Part shown: positions 1-11,894 of the stretch, in pieces
Layout: each line of letters opens with the position of its first letter
Numbering within the stretch: position 1 is the first letter of the stretch
Assembly: GCA_028534125.1 (NCBI GenBank)
Contig: CM052818.1
Coordinates: forward strand, 23,996,001-24,060,000
Direction: 5' to 3'
Length of the DNA stretch: 64,000 bases
Source of the DNA: Lama glama
Taxonomy: Eukaryota
The notes under the pieces: generated by a model
What the model saw: only the letters and a program-made list of their open reading frames with translations
Told to the model about the DNA's origin: nothing
Database searches by the model: none
Made by a program: the position numbers and the translations under genes

Positions 1-244
1 GACAAGGCATGGACTGTGAATTGTTCTATGATCTTATAAAGCAAGAAGATGATTCCTGTGTTTGCTAACTTTTAAATCTGAAAATAAAACAAAACAAAAC
101 AAAAACTGTTTCTTTTAGCATCCATTAAGCTATAGTGAGCATTTTATTTTGAATCCTCCTTCAAATAGTGGCTACAAAGAAATAAGAGCTACCCATATAT
201 GAGAGACAAAAAGAAGGAATGGTGTGATTGGGAGGAAACCAAAT

Positions 245-352
245 GGTCTGAAACATCAGAGCAAGATGGATTCCCACCATGAATCTGGCACCTACCAGCC
301 CTAGCTTTTGATTGAGTCATTTATTTCCTGAGCCTCAGTTTCTTCATCCATG
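245..352 (+). mobile_element. MIR SINE fragment
   Basis: MIR core 'tgagcctcagtttcttcatc' at ~328-348 preceded by degenerate MIR 5' sequence. Confidence 0.6.
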
Positions 353-817
353 GCCACATCCTAAAATATTACATAAGAGAAACAAAAATTCACAAATACT
401 CTTAAATATAAGATGATATAATCCTAGAAGGAAATCTGTGTACACTTTGAATTCTTGGAGCAGCAATAGGAAAAAGAAAAGGAACTGTCTGTCATCCATT
501 TATGGTAGACGGGCAAGAGATGAAGAGTAGCTATTTAGCAGAGAGCTATTTCAGTAAACCAGAGCTTGGGTAGTTGCCAAATACCATCATAACTTTAAGA
601 GGATTCAAAGGCTTTCTTCCTGTCAGCAAGTCCTGGCAAATTGTCTGTAGAATTTAAAGAGTTGTACCACCATCGATCTCAAGCATCTCTCAAGAATTCA
701 AGCAATTTTTTTCCCACTGTTTGTCTATGTTTGACTCACATTTCAAACAGAAGCAAAACATTCTTTTTTAAGTTATAAATTAGAAGTTTACAATATAAAT
801 ACTGGTGGAGGTGATTT

Positions 818-1271
818 TGTGCAAACAAATGAAGCTCACCTAAATGAGGACAAGCAGAGGCTATTTATTTAGAGCTTGCTACACCAAGAGAGTCAGACAT
901 GAGCGCTTGCTTTGGACAGAGAGAGGCTCAAAGGTAGGTATGGTAGTAGGAAAGCTTTATAGCGGAAAAAAGCCTTTTTAAAGTACGGTCTAAGTGCAGG
1001 TTGCTGGCAGGAGGAAATTGGAGTCAGGCTGAAAAAAAAGAGCTATCCTCCATGATCAGTCTGGGAACACACCTGGCTTTCTCTGGTTGACCCTAAGTTG
1101 GATGAAGGGGATGAGGGCAAAATTAGGGAAGCTGGGGTCCCGGTCATTCTGGGCTGATTGCTGCAGGGACTGTGGTTTGACTTCCCAGGCTGGTTGCTGC
1201 AGAGGTTGTAGATCAGAGTTCTGTTTTCAAGTAGAGCCTGGTCATTGTCCATTTGCATATTCAGTCTCTCA
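818..1271 (-). mobile_element. Solo ERV1-class LTR (MER89/MER90/MER110-like)
   Basis: Minus strand begins TGAGAGACTGAATATGCAAATGG, has repeated 'ctgcagcaa(c/t)cagcc' units, AATAAA (864-869 on minus) and ends near ...CA; subfamily from recall. Confidence 0.7.
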
Positions 1272-1519
1272 GTACAGAAGGACTCACTCATTGCCAAAGT
1301 AAAATCTGTCAATTATTCAGCTAGTATAAATTCCTGATAGCAAATTCTGGGTCAGGGTGATTAACTGAAATATCATGTGAAAAGGAGGAAAGGGAAAACA
1401 AGCAATGAAAGGAAGAGGAGATGCCAGCCAAAGCAGTCAAGAACAATGGTAAACCAATGATAGTAAACACGAATGAACGGTGCATAACTCGAGCCTAGTG
1501 ATCAGTTAGCACTGGCACA

Positions 1520-1620
1520 TACATTTCATCAGCACATATTTATTGATTTCTTATAAACAAAATTCTGCTAGATGCAGTGGAGAAATTAAAATAAAATTAC
1601 ATTACCATTGTTCTCAGTTA
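1520..1620 (-). mobile_element. L2 LINE 3' end fragment
   Basis: 'catttcatcagcacatatttattga...tgctagatgcagtggaga' resembles the antisense L2 tail. Confidence 0.5.
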
Positions 1621-2199
1621 TTTCCAAGATACGGAGTTCCTCCTTCTTTGAATTAGCCAGAATCCACTGCCCTCAATTTCCTTCAGTGGGACATGCTAAG
1701 GGTCCAAGTTTTCTCAGCTGTCAAAACAGACATTTCTCCTCCTAATGTGCCTCTTCTTGCCTAGTGATGAGAAAGCCACACTCAAACCTGCTTTCTACTC
1801 TCAAGGGGGCTCTGTACCTGTCCTCTGATGCTTGAAACTGTGTCATTATTTTGTCTTCAATTATTAAGTCATGGGGAGTCAGACCATGGTCCAGGCTTCA
1901 GGCTACATCCATATCTATTTCTTCGAAGCTATATTAATGGCAATATTACTGTTTTAGTTACTTAAACCTTCAAGGGCTATGGCCTTTCTTTTCATAAATA
2001 CTGACCATTTTAGTTTCACACTGATTTTAAATCAAGTTAGTACAAAAAACCCAGCTCATCTAGTTTTGAGTTCCATGATGCCTTGTTAATAATTATATTG
2101 TGAAGAGGATTTTTAAAAAATTCTGTCCTTGGATGAAAACATGTTTTTATGGGAAGGTTAATTGTATTAGGACAACCATGGGGAGAGAAATGCAAAGTT

Positions 2200-2355
2200 G
2201 GCTTATCCAACTGATCAGACTGAATGGAACACAGGGTGCACAGGAACAATAACCATGAAATGTAGGTTGGGATCAGAATATAAGAGGTTTTGAATGTCAA
2301 ACTAAGCAGTTTGAATATAATCTAGCAAGTAATTGAGAAATATTAAAGGTTTGCA
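2200..2355 (-). mobile_element. L2 LINE fragment
   Basis: 'gtaggttgggatcagaatataagaggttttgaatgtcaaactaag' is L2-like. Confidence 0.45.
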
Positions 2356-2584
2356 TAAAGATGCATGGCTCTTCTAGTACAAATGTGCTTTGTACATTGG
2401 AGGCAATTAAAAGGAATGTCTATTTAATATCATCTATAGATATAATCATAGATAGATATCTGAAGGTGAACATGAATACAATTAAATTACTCAAGCTTTT
2501 GTAAATTTAGCAATGTTATAATAGCTTCTGACTTTCGTTTCCAGGCCATAAAACCACAGTAAACCCCTAAGGCGGTTTGGGTTT

Positions 2585-3005
2585 TCTGTGGAATATGATG
2601 GATGTTCCTGGTCTCCGTCATCCTTGAAAGAGACTAAGCCAAAGAAAGACAGTGGGAACCCTGGAAACAGAAAAGTACATATATAGCAAAGAAATATCCT
2701 CTCTTTGTGGGCAGGGGCTGTGGAGGGTCACAGTCTGAGTTGTGGACAGGTGGTAAGTGGTTCTCTGCTAGGGGACAGAGGGATCCTAGGAAGGACACAG
2801 CTGAGGACCCATGCAAGGAACCATTTTAGCAGGGGGGAGCAGAATAGCTCTGTTATCACCTGAGTTACATTCCCCTTCCATTATTCCCTCAACTTTAGTG
2901 AAGCCCCTTTAAATATATATATGGTTTGTTCTCAGTTGTTTCTGTCCACTCTTTGGAAATGGAGAAAGGGGAAAGGGTTGGCAGGAACTTCCCAGGAGAG
3001 AACAG
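2585..3005 (+). mobile_element. Possible ancient LTR remnant (Gypsy-like/ERVL, family uncertain)
   Basis: G-rich TG...CA-bounded segment with LTR-like composition; no firm consensus match. Confidence 0.3.
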
Positions 3006-3649
3006 TGCTCCCTCACATAGGGCCAAGTTCATGAGTCCCACTGGAAAGGAATGAAAGACTGCCTACAGAGAGGTAGTCTCATGAAGAAATGATTGGTGAC
3101 ACTAGGATGAAAATTAGCACAAAAAGTGGGGCAATGGAGCATGAGCCATCAATTGCCTACTTCAATGACTATTAGAAAATGCGCCCCTGGGCAGAGCCTT
3201 TGACAATGGTATGTCGGGTTACACTGTGGGCAAGTGATTCAATGCTCTTAAATGCAGTCAGGCACTTTAAATTCAGAGAATATTTACGGAAAGACATGAA
3301 AAAGTGAGTAGAGAAAAAATAGCAGCTCTGGGCTGCAAAACAGTGTGTAATTAAATAAGACTTATTTTGGTTGAAACGATGTGTAGAGTGAATATATGGT
3401 TGGAAATATGCTCTAGTTTCCTTGTTTTCTTGTTGAAATCGCCAGAGGACAATGTTGAGCTGCAAAAACAACGATTTCTAAAATGACTAGTTATCTATTC
3501 GTTTAAGCTCCAACATTTAAACCATATTTTATTTATATTTCTATAGTAATTATCAATTGTAAATAAGTCATGCATGTGTTTATGTCTAAGTATTAGGGAA
3601 TCAATTGAAAAAATCAGATATATTTGTGAATGAAAAATACTGCAAACTC

Positions 3650-4101
3650 TATCAGTAAACAGAGAATGCTGGAACCATCAAGTCATCAGCGGCTGCCGCC
3701 ACCCCCTAGTGCAGACAAGCCTGCAGCCCCGCCTCTGCAGCCCTCACAGTGGTGCACCCTGAGGGGACTCAGAATAAGAAAGGACAGGATACTGGCCCTA
3801 GATAGCTAGCTGCTTTCAAAGGAATGAATTCAATGAGCCCAAATGTTTGCTTCCTCCCATGCATAGAAAAGCGCTAAATTCTTTAACTTGAGATGCCTGG
3901 TTTTCTTTAGATAACAAGTAATCTTTTATTGTTCTAACTACCTGGTCTTTGTTGTAAAGCTCCTATGTAACCCAGCTCCTCCCCTACCTCTTTGGAGCAG
4001 TCCCTCAGAGCGATCTTACAGGCTGTCATCCCGGCTCCAGTTCTCTCGTCAAATAAAACATAACTCTCAACTTTTAGGCTGTGCATTTTTTTCAGTTGAC
4101 A
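3650..4101 (+). mobile_element. Solo ERV1 LTR (MER41-like, cetartiodactyl lineage)
   Basis: Starts T(A)TCAGTAAAC, GC-rich U3 with retained CpGs, AATAAA at ~4052, typical end 'aaataaaacataactctcaacttttaggctgtgcatttttttcagttgaca'. Confidence 0.8.
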
Positions 4102-4789
4102 TATACCAGTACTCCTTTTTTCTTTCTTTTACTTCATCCAAAAAAAAATTTTTTTTTTTTAATGGTTGCAAATCCTCCTTTCCCGCAAGTCTTAAAATTT
4201 TGCAAAAGGACTGGGGAATACTTATTGCATACCATATATCTCAATATCTGAGATATGGTATACTTTTTAAAAAGTAAATGCTTGTGAGATCCCATTCAAT
4301 TTGAAAAAAATAAATTATGCTGTATTATATTTAAGAAAATAAAATTAATTTTAATCTGAAGACTTCTAAAAAAGGAATAAATGATCCATGTCCCTTGAAG
4401 TGGACTCACTAAGCTGTTCATTCATAACTCCCTCTTTACAAACGGAATGAGCATAACACATGAGGTTAAAAACAAACAAACTAGCCATAATGGGTCAACC
4501 ATCTACAACTGTGGGATCTCCAGGCCCTTCGCTGGAATCAGTAATGAATATCTACCTTGGTAGTATCAAATTTAAGTTCATGTATAAGAAAATTCTTCAG
4601 AAACTGTGATGCCCTATGGAAATAATACTCCTCATTGTAATAAATCAGCATAATCATTAATGTTCAGTCTACTAATCAACATGCTAATTCCCACTAAATG
4701 CTGTTTATTTCAGTTAATGGATTACAAAGAAAACTGCATTGGAAAAATATGAGTCTTTAAGAACATAAAGCAAAGGGGAAGATAAATCC

Positions 4790-5290
4790 CTTCTAGGCAT
4801 TTGCTCTGTCAGGTATTCTAGGTTCTGGAGAAATAAAGGAATCAGATGAAGTATCTACCTCAAGCAATTCAGAATAAAGCAAGAAATTCTGAAGACAAAC
4901 AAGCAACCAAAATGTAGAGTGGGCAAATGCAGGGACTGAGAGAGTTAAGTACAAAGTTCAGAGATAAGGCAGAGAAGGAAGTAATTAATCCTGCTTGGAG
5001 GTTAAGACTGAGTTGGAATATATTGCAGACAAGTTAACATGTAAGTTGAATCTTGGAATTCTTCAGGGAGGGAAGTAAACAAGAGTTTTAGGCAGATAAA
5101 AAATCTGTACACGTGTATGGGTAAATGAGACTGTGTTACACGCTGCGAACATTTCAAGTATTGTTGCAGTAGAAGTTGAGGAACAGAGAAAGTGGTAAGA
5201 CATGCAGTTGAAAAAGTAGGCCAGGACCAGAGCATGAAGGTTTAGCCATACTAAAATATTGGGCCTTTTTGATGAAAGGGATGGGAAGCA
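4790..5290 (-). mobile_element. L2 LINE fragment
   Basis: Purine-rich antisense L2 pattern ('ctaggttctggagaaataaagg...agagaaggaagtaattaatcctgcttgg...gtaggccaggaccagagcatgaagg'). Confidence 0.6.
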
Positions 5291-5889
5291 AGGCAGAACT
5301 ACTTGCTCCCCCTGTCCAAACTCCGTCACAAAACCATATAAGAGAAGATGCAGTTTTTTGATCTTACAAATTTATGGAAACTTTAATGAACGACAAGGCT
5401 TGTAGGAAATAGAAACTATAAGGATGCTTGACAAATGACTGGATGAAACATATGCACACAGCCCACATGCAAAACCGATCCCTCAAGATAATGAGCAAGA
5501 AAATTGCTGGGTCCAGAATCCTACACAGCACAGAATGTACAATTAAATTACTGCTTAAAGATCACAATGTATAATTCTTCATTACACAATTAAGAATAAA
5601 TCATTGAGAAGGGAATTAACTCCAGTATTCTGGGCGCTCTTCACATAAGTCTTTACATCTGGATCTTTTCTTAGTCATCTTATTTTAACACAATATACCT
5701 TGTGCTTGGACTTTTAATAAGGTCAAAGTGTGACATTTCTTCCTTAGGGAAAGTGAAAAAGTAAGTAGGTGGCAAACATTTTGTGAAAGTGTGACTTGTG
5801 ATATAAGTACCTGAAACTCATTCCAAGGAGCACGTATAATTGGTTGGTACCCACCTTTCTTCCAAGAAGAAGATAAGTAGCTATGAGGT

Positions 5890-6075
5890 AAAATAAGAAT
5901 GTGGCTCTGAGCCAAATCTAGAGTCTGACCCCATCTTTGCCGATAACATACTTGATAATGTTAAATCTTCTTCAACTCTCCGAGCAGCAAAGATTAAATC
6001 AAATATTCCCCGTATGGTGCTTAGCACAATGCCGAGCATACAGTAAGCGCTCACTAGGTAACACCTGCTGCTATC
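5890..6075 (+). mobile_element. MIR SINE
   Basis: MIR tail 'gtgcttagcacaatgccgagcatacagtaagcgctca'. Confidence 0.75.
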
Positions 6076-6329
6076 AGTTTCCTCAGTCATGTGTTGTGAG
6101 GTTTGGACTCCAAGGTCTCCTTTGGTTCTAATATATGATTTTTAATACTGAAAGTGAAATATTTACCGATTTCAGGTCATTTCTTCCTTTTCAGTCTTTG
6201 ATGGTTATTCTTATCCTTCAGGTATTAGTTGCAGGACTTTGATGATGCTGTGTCATCATTGTTATTGTCCTGAAACACAGTCTTTTTCTTATACAAGGAT
6301 AAGGATCATCTAACTAGTAGCGTAAGAGT

Positions 6330-6465
6330 TACTCTGGGAGGATGTAAAATGTGTAAGCAAAGTCATAAGCCTCACCCACAGAAATTCTGGTTCAGCAGAT
6401 TTGAGGTTGGGTCCAGTGATTCTGACCACCTGTTCTGAAGATCACAGTTGAACAAACATTCTACT
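6330..6465. mobile_element. MER5-like hAT-Charlie MITE
   Basis: 'cctcacccacagaaattctggttcagcagatttgaggttgggtcca'. Confidence 0.6.
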
Positions 6466-6972
6466 AGGGAACTAAGACTGATAGCATGACACTGTATTCA
6501 AGAATAACAATTTTGAAGCTGTTATAAAGATGAAATGTTGTCATCATTGTTGTTTTTAAGAAATAACCCATATAACATTTTTTTCTAACAGAATAAGCAC
6601 AAAATCAAAATTCAATCCTAATTCTTATATAAAATAAGATAATGGCCTTGCAAATGCTTGTACTGTTAGTGATCCCAGTATAGCCAGACTTGCTGGAGGC
6701 ACTACAGAACCTAGTACAAGACTGCAGATTCCTGCAATTACAGCACTTTCCACCAAGCAACTATCATTATCCTCCATTGCATTATTTACAGAGGCAGGGA
6801 AGTGTAGCCAGAGAAGCACACAGACTGTGTATGTGTTTACAGATGGAAAACCGCTAAAACAAACAAACAAAAACCCAAAGAAACAAACAAAAACCCTCCT
6901 GAAATATCATTTCAGTGCTCTGGTCATGCTAATCCTAATGATGTCCATCAATCTAATTAAGTGGTGGGAATC

Positions 6973-7391
6973 TGCAGTAAACTGAATTTGTTCCCAATTC
7001 TTTATTTCCTCCCTTCATTGTTATGGTTCACTTTGAACAGAGAATATTTTTCTGCCTCTCAGATATTAGGGTTGGCTCTTCGTCTTTTTTGAACAAAAGA
7101 ATATGGGATGAAGTGACAGTGAGCTACTTCTGAGATAAAACACTGTGTGTTTTCAGTAGGCTCTCTTGCGCTTCTGCCATGTGGAATAGAGAAGCACAGT
7201 TTGGGACGCAGAGAAATGTGGAGCCCTGAACCCAAACCTCAGCCTGAGCCAACCCCATCAGTCCCAGATGCTTACCAGAGTCATAGCCTCTAGCAAACTG
7301 GTGCCTGAGAAATGACTCTTTGTTGTAAAAATCACTGAATTTTGAGGTGGTTCTATTACACAGCACTATGGTAACATTAGCTGAAGAATGT
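6973..7391 (+). mobile_element. MaLR solo LTR (MLT1H/I/J-like)
   Basis: MLT1 3' end 'tgttgtaaaaatcactgaattttgaggtggttctattacacagcactatggtaacattagctga'. Confidence 0.75.
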
Positions 7392-9264
7392 AGCATCAGG
7401 AAGCCCTGGTCAAATGGAATGAATCTGTGGCAGATTCACTCACTAGAAAGTCACAATAGAACAGGCTATATGTAGCGATCCAGACAGGATGCAGATGGTT
7501 GGCATGACAGAATTCTAGTAAGAAGAAGCAGGGTGCCATCTTTGGCACCAGAGCTCAGAATTTAAATCTTTTGGAAATTGAGAATGTTCATGGAAGGGTC
7601 TGGATCTTGGAGGAGATAAATAGATTTCCCAGGAACAGACTGAGATACAAGTCATTTAAACGGGTCCCCAATGCTAGAAATGAAACATTATGTTAAGCCT
7701 AAATGTCAAAATAAAGCAAAGGCACAACTGACTTAATACAGCTATCCAGGGGACAAGGACGCTTTAGTGTTAAGCTGCTTGCCATTCAGGGAGGGTTCTC
7801 AAATTCTCTTCAACAAAAGATAAAGCTGACCCCAGTGTTTGCAGTAAAGATACAGTGAGGATGAGCCTGGAAGTTAGCTCCAGATAAGGGGAAAGAACTA
7901 GTATATGCAGGGATCTGGGAAGCAGGAAAGTCAGTACAAAACTGAAGAATGCCTTAGAAAACCAGTAACAAAAGAAGAGTCTCTTATGCATCTGGAATCA
8001 CACAAGTTTATGATGCAAACATTCTAATAGCTACACATTCTCTTTAGTAATGATTCAAATTATATGTTCAATTATATTTTAAAAGAGTACACGTAAAATC
8101 ATGATAACAACAAAACAAAACCTTCTTGGACAACGAGCCTTGAAAAGGAGCAGGAGGTTTTCCTTGATAATGCTAGAAGTTACCAGGAAATTGAGTAGTT
8201 TGCTATTTTACTCAGCATGGAAGCTCTGCCTAGAGTAAACAGAAGAGCAGGAAGAGAGACGTGCATTCATTAAGGGGGCAGGCTTTTCCTGAATCATTAA
8301 ATCAAGAGGGAAACAGAAAATTCAGAAGACTGAGGAATGATGGGAGAAGTAAATACCGGAACTGAACATTGTGCTTGCTCAGCAAAGTAAGGAAAACTCA
8401 CCAGGTGCAGTGCTGTTCTGTCCACTTCACTCTGAAGACCCCTCTTCTAATTGTAGACCCACCTTTTACTGATCCGTTAGTCCCCACCAGATTACAATGT
8501 ATTACTGTTATCCATTCCTAACCTTCAGCTGTACAAAACTTCTTGTTTTACCGCTGTCTTCAAACCTACATTGTTTTTTGTTTTTGTTTTTTTTTTAATT
8601 TAAGCTCTACCTATGGGTCTTTTCTATGTGTTTTCAGCTTATAACACCGTTACTTCTTCTGCTTCCTGATGCATGGTTAACTTAGCTCATATTTAATTCT
8701 CACAAATGTTGAAAGCAGTAGCTTTAAGTAGAGGGAAGGGAGAAGGATATATTGGAATACATTGAAAGAATTTTTCAAGATACGCCAGCAGGCCTAGGAG
8801 TGGACCTCTCCTGACACTGCCATTTAAGAACAAGTCTTGAAGTGGTGCTAATGAAGTAAGATTTATGGAAATCTCAAGGTATTCAGGAATGGAAAGGGAA
8901 GAGAATCTAAGTCAATTTCTTTAGTTAAAATATGACAAAACAAAAGCCCAGACAGGCAATGACTTCCCAAAGTCGTAGCACCTTTTGTTGACTTTTGGTC
9001 TCATTCATCTCAATTTGTATGTTTGTATTTTAACAAGGGACTTTGCTCAACTGAAAGAATATGGGATCTTCTAGAACAGTGTCAGAAGAATGAGGACTAG
9101 AGGTGCTTGGTCGCAATGCTTGTAACATTTGTTGAAATGTTTTACAAGAAACTGTGTCAAGTTCTCCATATAGTCAACAAATTTTACACCCTAGGGATTC
9201 CTAAGAATGCCCCCAAAGAACATAAGACAAATATTTAAAGCAATTATAAACAACAGTAACAATA

Positions 9265-9265
9265 A

Positions 9266-9297
<32 letters not shown>
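9265..9297. repeat. (CA)n microsatellite, one interruption
   Basis: Directly visible. Confidence 0.95.
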
Positions 9298-9299
9298 GA

Positions 9300-9443
9300 G
9301 CTAGCAGAATGTAGACCAAAAGAGAGGCTTATGGTTCTATTTTGAGTTTGACCACTTACTAGTTGAATATAAATAATTTTGAGTGTTAGTGTCTCATATG
9401 TGAAATAAGCATAATAATGTAATCTATGACCATCATTTTGAGG
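9300..9443 (+). mobile_element. MIR fragment
   Basis: 'ccacttactagttg...gtgtctcatatgtgaaataag' degenerate MIR core. Confidence 0.5.
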
Positions 9444-10545
9444 CTCATTTATTCACCCATTCAACCACTATTTACCAAGCACCTATTTGGTTGGAAGGTT
9501 TTCTAGGTGCTAGAATTATAGCAGTCAACAAGAAAGAAATTCTCCCTGCTCTGGCTGAACATATAATCATGTATGCATGTGTGTGTATGTGTCTGGGTGT
9601 GTGGGGGGGTGTGGTTACTAGGGAGAGAGCTACAAAGTAAAAGAAGAAAACGAAGATAAATAAGAAAGATCATTTCAAACAGAGGGAAGTGCCATGAAGA
9701 GCATAAAACAGGAGGCTATACAACAGAAAAGGAAGTACAGCAATTTAGATTGAGTAGTCAAGGAGAAGGTCACACTTGAACTGATACCTGAATGACAAGA
9801 AGGAGCTAGACAAGCAAAGATACAGGAGAAAATAATCTAGATCCCAAGTTAGACATTAATATGGCAGAAATAAGAAATCCAGAATTGCCAGAGCCCATTG
9901 AAAAGGCAGGAGATACGTTTGTAAAAGTTGACAGAGCCATTCATTGTCTTTCAGATCAAGGTTAGATGTTAAATTTATATTTTACATGTAATGAAAAGCT
10001 ATTACAAGGAGTTAGAAGAAAGAAGAAGTCTTATCTCCATGTTTAAAATACCATTTTGACTGTTATGCGTACAAGAGATTGCAGCAGAATAAGAGTCAAA
10101 AGAAGACTTAGTAAGCTACTGTAGAAGTCCAAGCAAGAGATTTTGTCAAATGTTGGTAGTGTGATAACTACCTCACAGAAATGGGCTGGTGCACTAAAAC
10201 AGGCGCATTCAGGATGTATTCTGGACTTAACTGGTGGGTTGAGGATGAGTGAAATTATAAGGGGAATCACAGATAATTCTTATTTCTGGATAGCATCTGA
10301 ACAGTGGTACCTTTTACTGAAACTGGAGAGCTTGGTGGAAGAACAGATTCTTATGTAGACATAAAGTTTTGTTTTGACTTTGGTTAAGTTTATGATATCC
10401 ATTAACACTCTAAAAGCACACAGTAAGTAGGTAATTGGGTATAGGAGTCTAGATGTTAGTGGACGAGTCAGGACTAACAGATATACCGAAGTGAGTCAAC
10501 ATGTGGGTGGCATTAAGACCTGTGAGGCTGAATTAAGTAGCACAG
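9444..10545 (-). mobile_element. L2 (L2a-like) LINE, ~1.1 kb 3' portion
   Basis: Begins with the antisense L2 tail 'tcatttattcacccattcaaccactatttaccaagcacctat' and continues with collinear L2 motifs. Confidence 0.8.
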
Positions 10546-10865
10546 TGAGAGAATGTAGACTCATTAGTAAGACATGGAATTGCATTTGTAAAATACTTAT
10601 CCCAGTGGCCAGAAATGAATATTTATTTCCCATCTTCCCTTCTCTTCAAATTCTTTCATCTCATGGATATAACAACCAACAGGATTGATTACATCTACCA
10701 TCTCTTTATAGCTGTTGAAATGGATCACTCTTCTATGATTCCTATCTTATAAAAAAGAAAAAAAAAGTGCAACCAATGTTAAAGGGATAGGCAAGACAAA
10801 AGGATTAAAATTTTGGTGAGCATTTAACATATAGACCCACCTAATATTTTTAAAAACTCTATATA

Positions 10866-11640
10866 TGTGATAGTAACTTTCCAAGTTTTGTATTCCATCT
10901 CTTCAAGATAGGAACTGAAAACCTCCTCCTATTTCCAGATTTGCTTCTGCTAAGCTGCTAGCATCCGATGATAACTGGGTTTGCCAATAAGCTGCTGGTC
11001 AGATCTGCTTTAATAAGATGCACTTTCATGAAACTTGAACTTATAAAGTTAGAAGTTATTTCATTAGCACCCCTTCAAAATGTTTTCTCAATGAACAGTG
11101 TCCAGAATGACTCCCAACCTAGGCCAAGTGGAATATTTTGAAAAATTAATTTTGTACACTGTTTCCCTCTTTTTCTTCCTATTTAAAAAAAAAAAACCCT
11201 GTTTTTAGCATTAGCAAGAAATTAAATGTCGGCTGAGCTAACCATGTGTGAGGAAGCAGGATGCTAAGGATATGATCCATAGGAGAGGCAACATTTTCAG
11301 GTTATATGTGACCTATTCAAGGTGGTGGTCACATTGGGAAATTATCTGGCAAGTACAATCCCAAAGGTATCTGGTGGGCAAGGAGGCAGAGGTGAAATTC
11401 CTGGTATCCAATTCTTCTTGAGTGTCATCAAATTCAAATGGAAGTGGCAGGAGAATTTTCACTAGAGTATTTTACTGTCCCCATGGATGGTTGAGCACTT
11501 CTGGCTATGAAATTTTATAGCCTGGTTCTCTGGCCTTCCCAAACGTTATGTGAGTTAATTATTATTGTTTATTAAATTTATTATCAACTTTAGCTAGGAA
11601 AATAGATTTGGTATTTGCAATTAAGACCAAATCAATGCAG
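10866..11640 (+). mobile_element. ERVL LTR remnant (LTR33-like)
   Basis: TGTG start; end 'tagctaggaaaatagatttggtatttgcaattaagacc...ca' resembles the LTR33 terminus. Confidence 0.5.
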
Positions 11641-11894
11641 AGAGAAGTCACAAAGTAGTCTAGTGTCTCCTTATAACATTTGTTCTCAAGATCTACATCA
11701 TTTTTAAGCTTTCACATGGGTTTTGATTATTAGCAATCAGAGAGTACTAGATTAGTTATACATAAATTCATAGCTGAACATGTGCATTTAATATCTGCTT
11801 CTATATAACTTTCCATTAAAAGGTAAGCTGATGAACAAAAATGTCATAAAACTGAAAATAAAAAGGAAGGAGGATTGGATGTCAATGAACGGAC

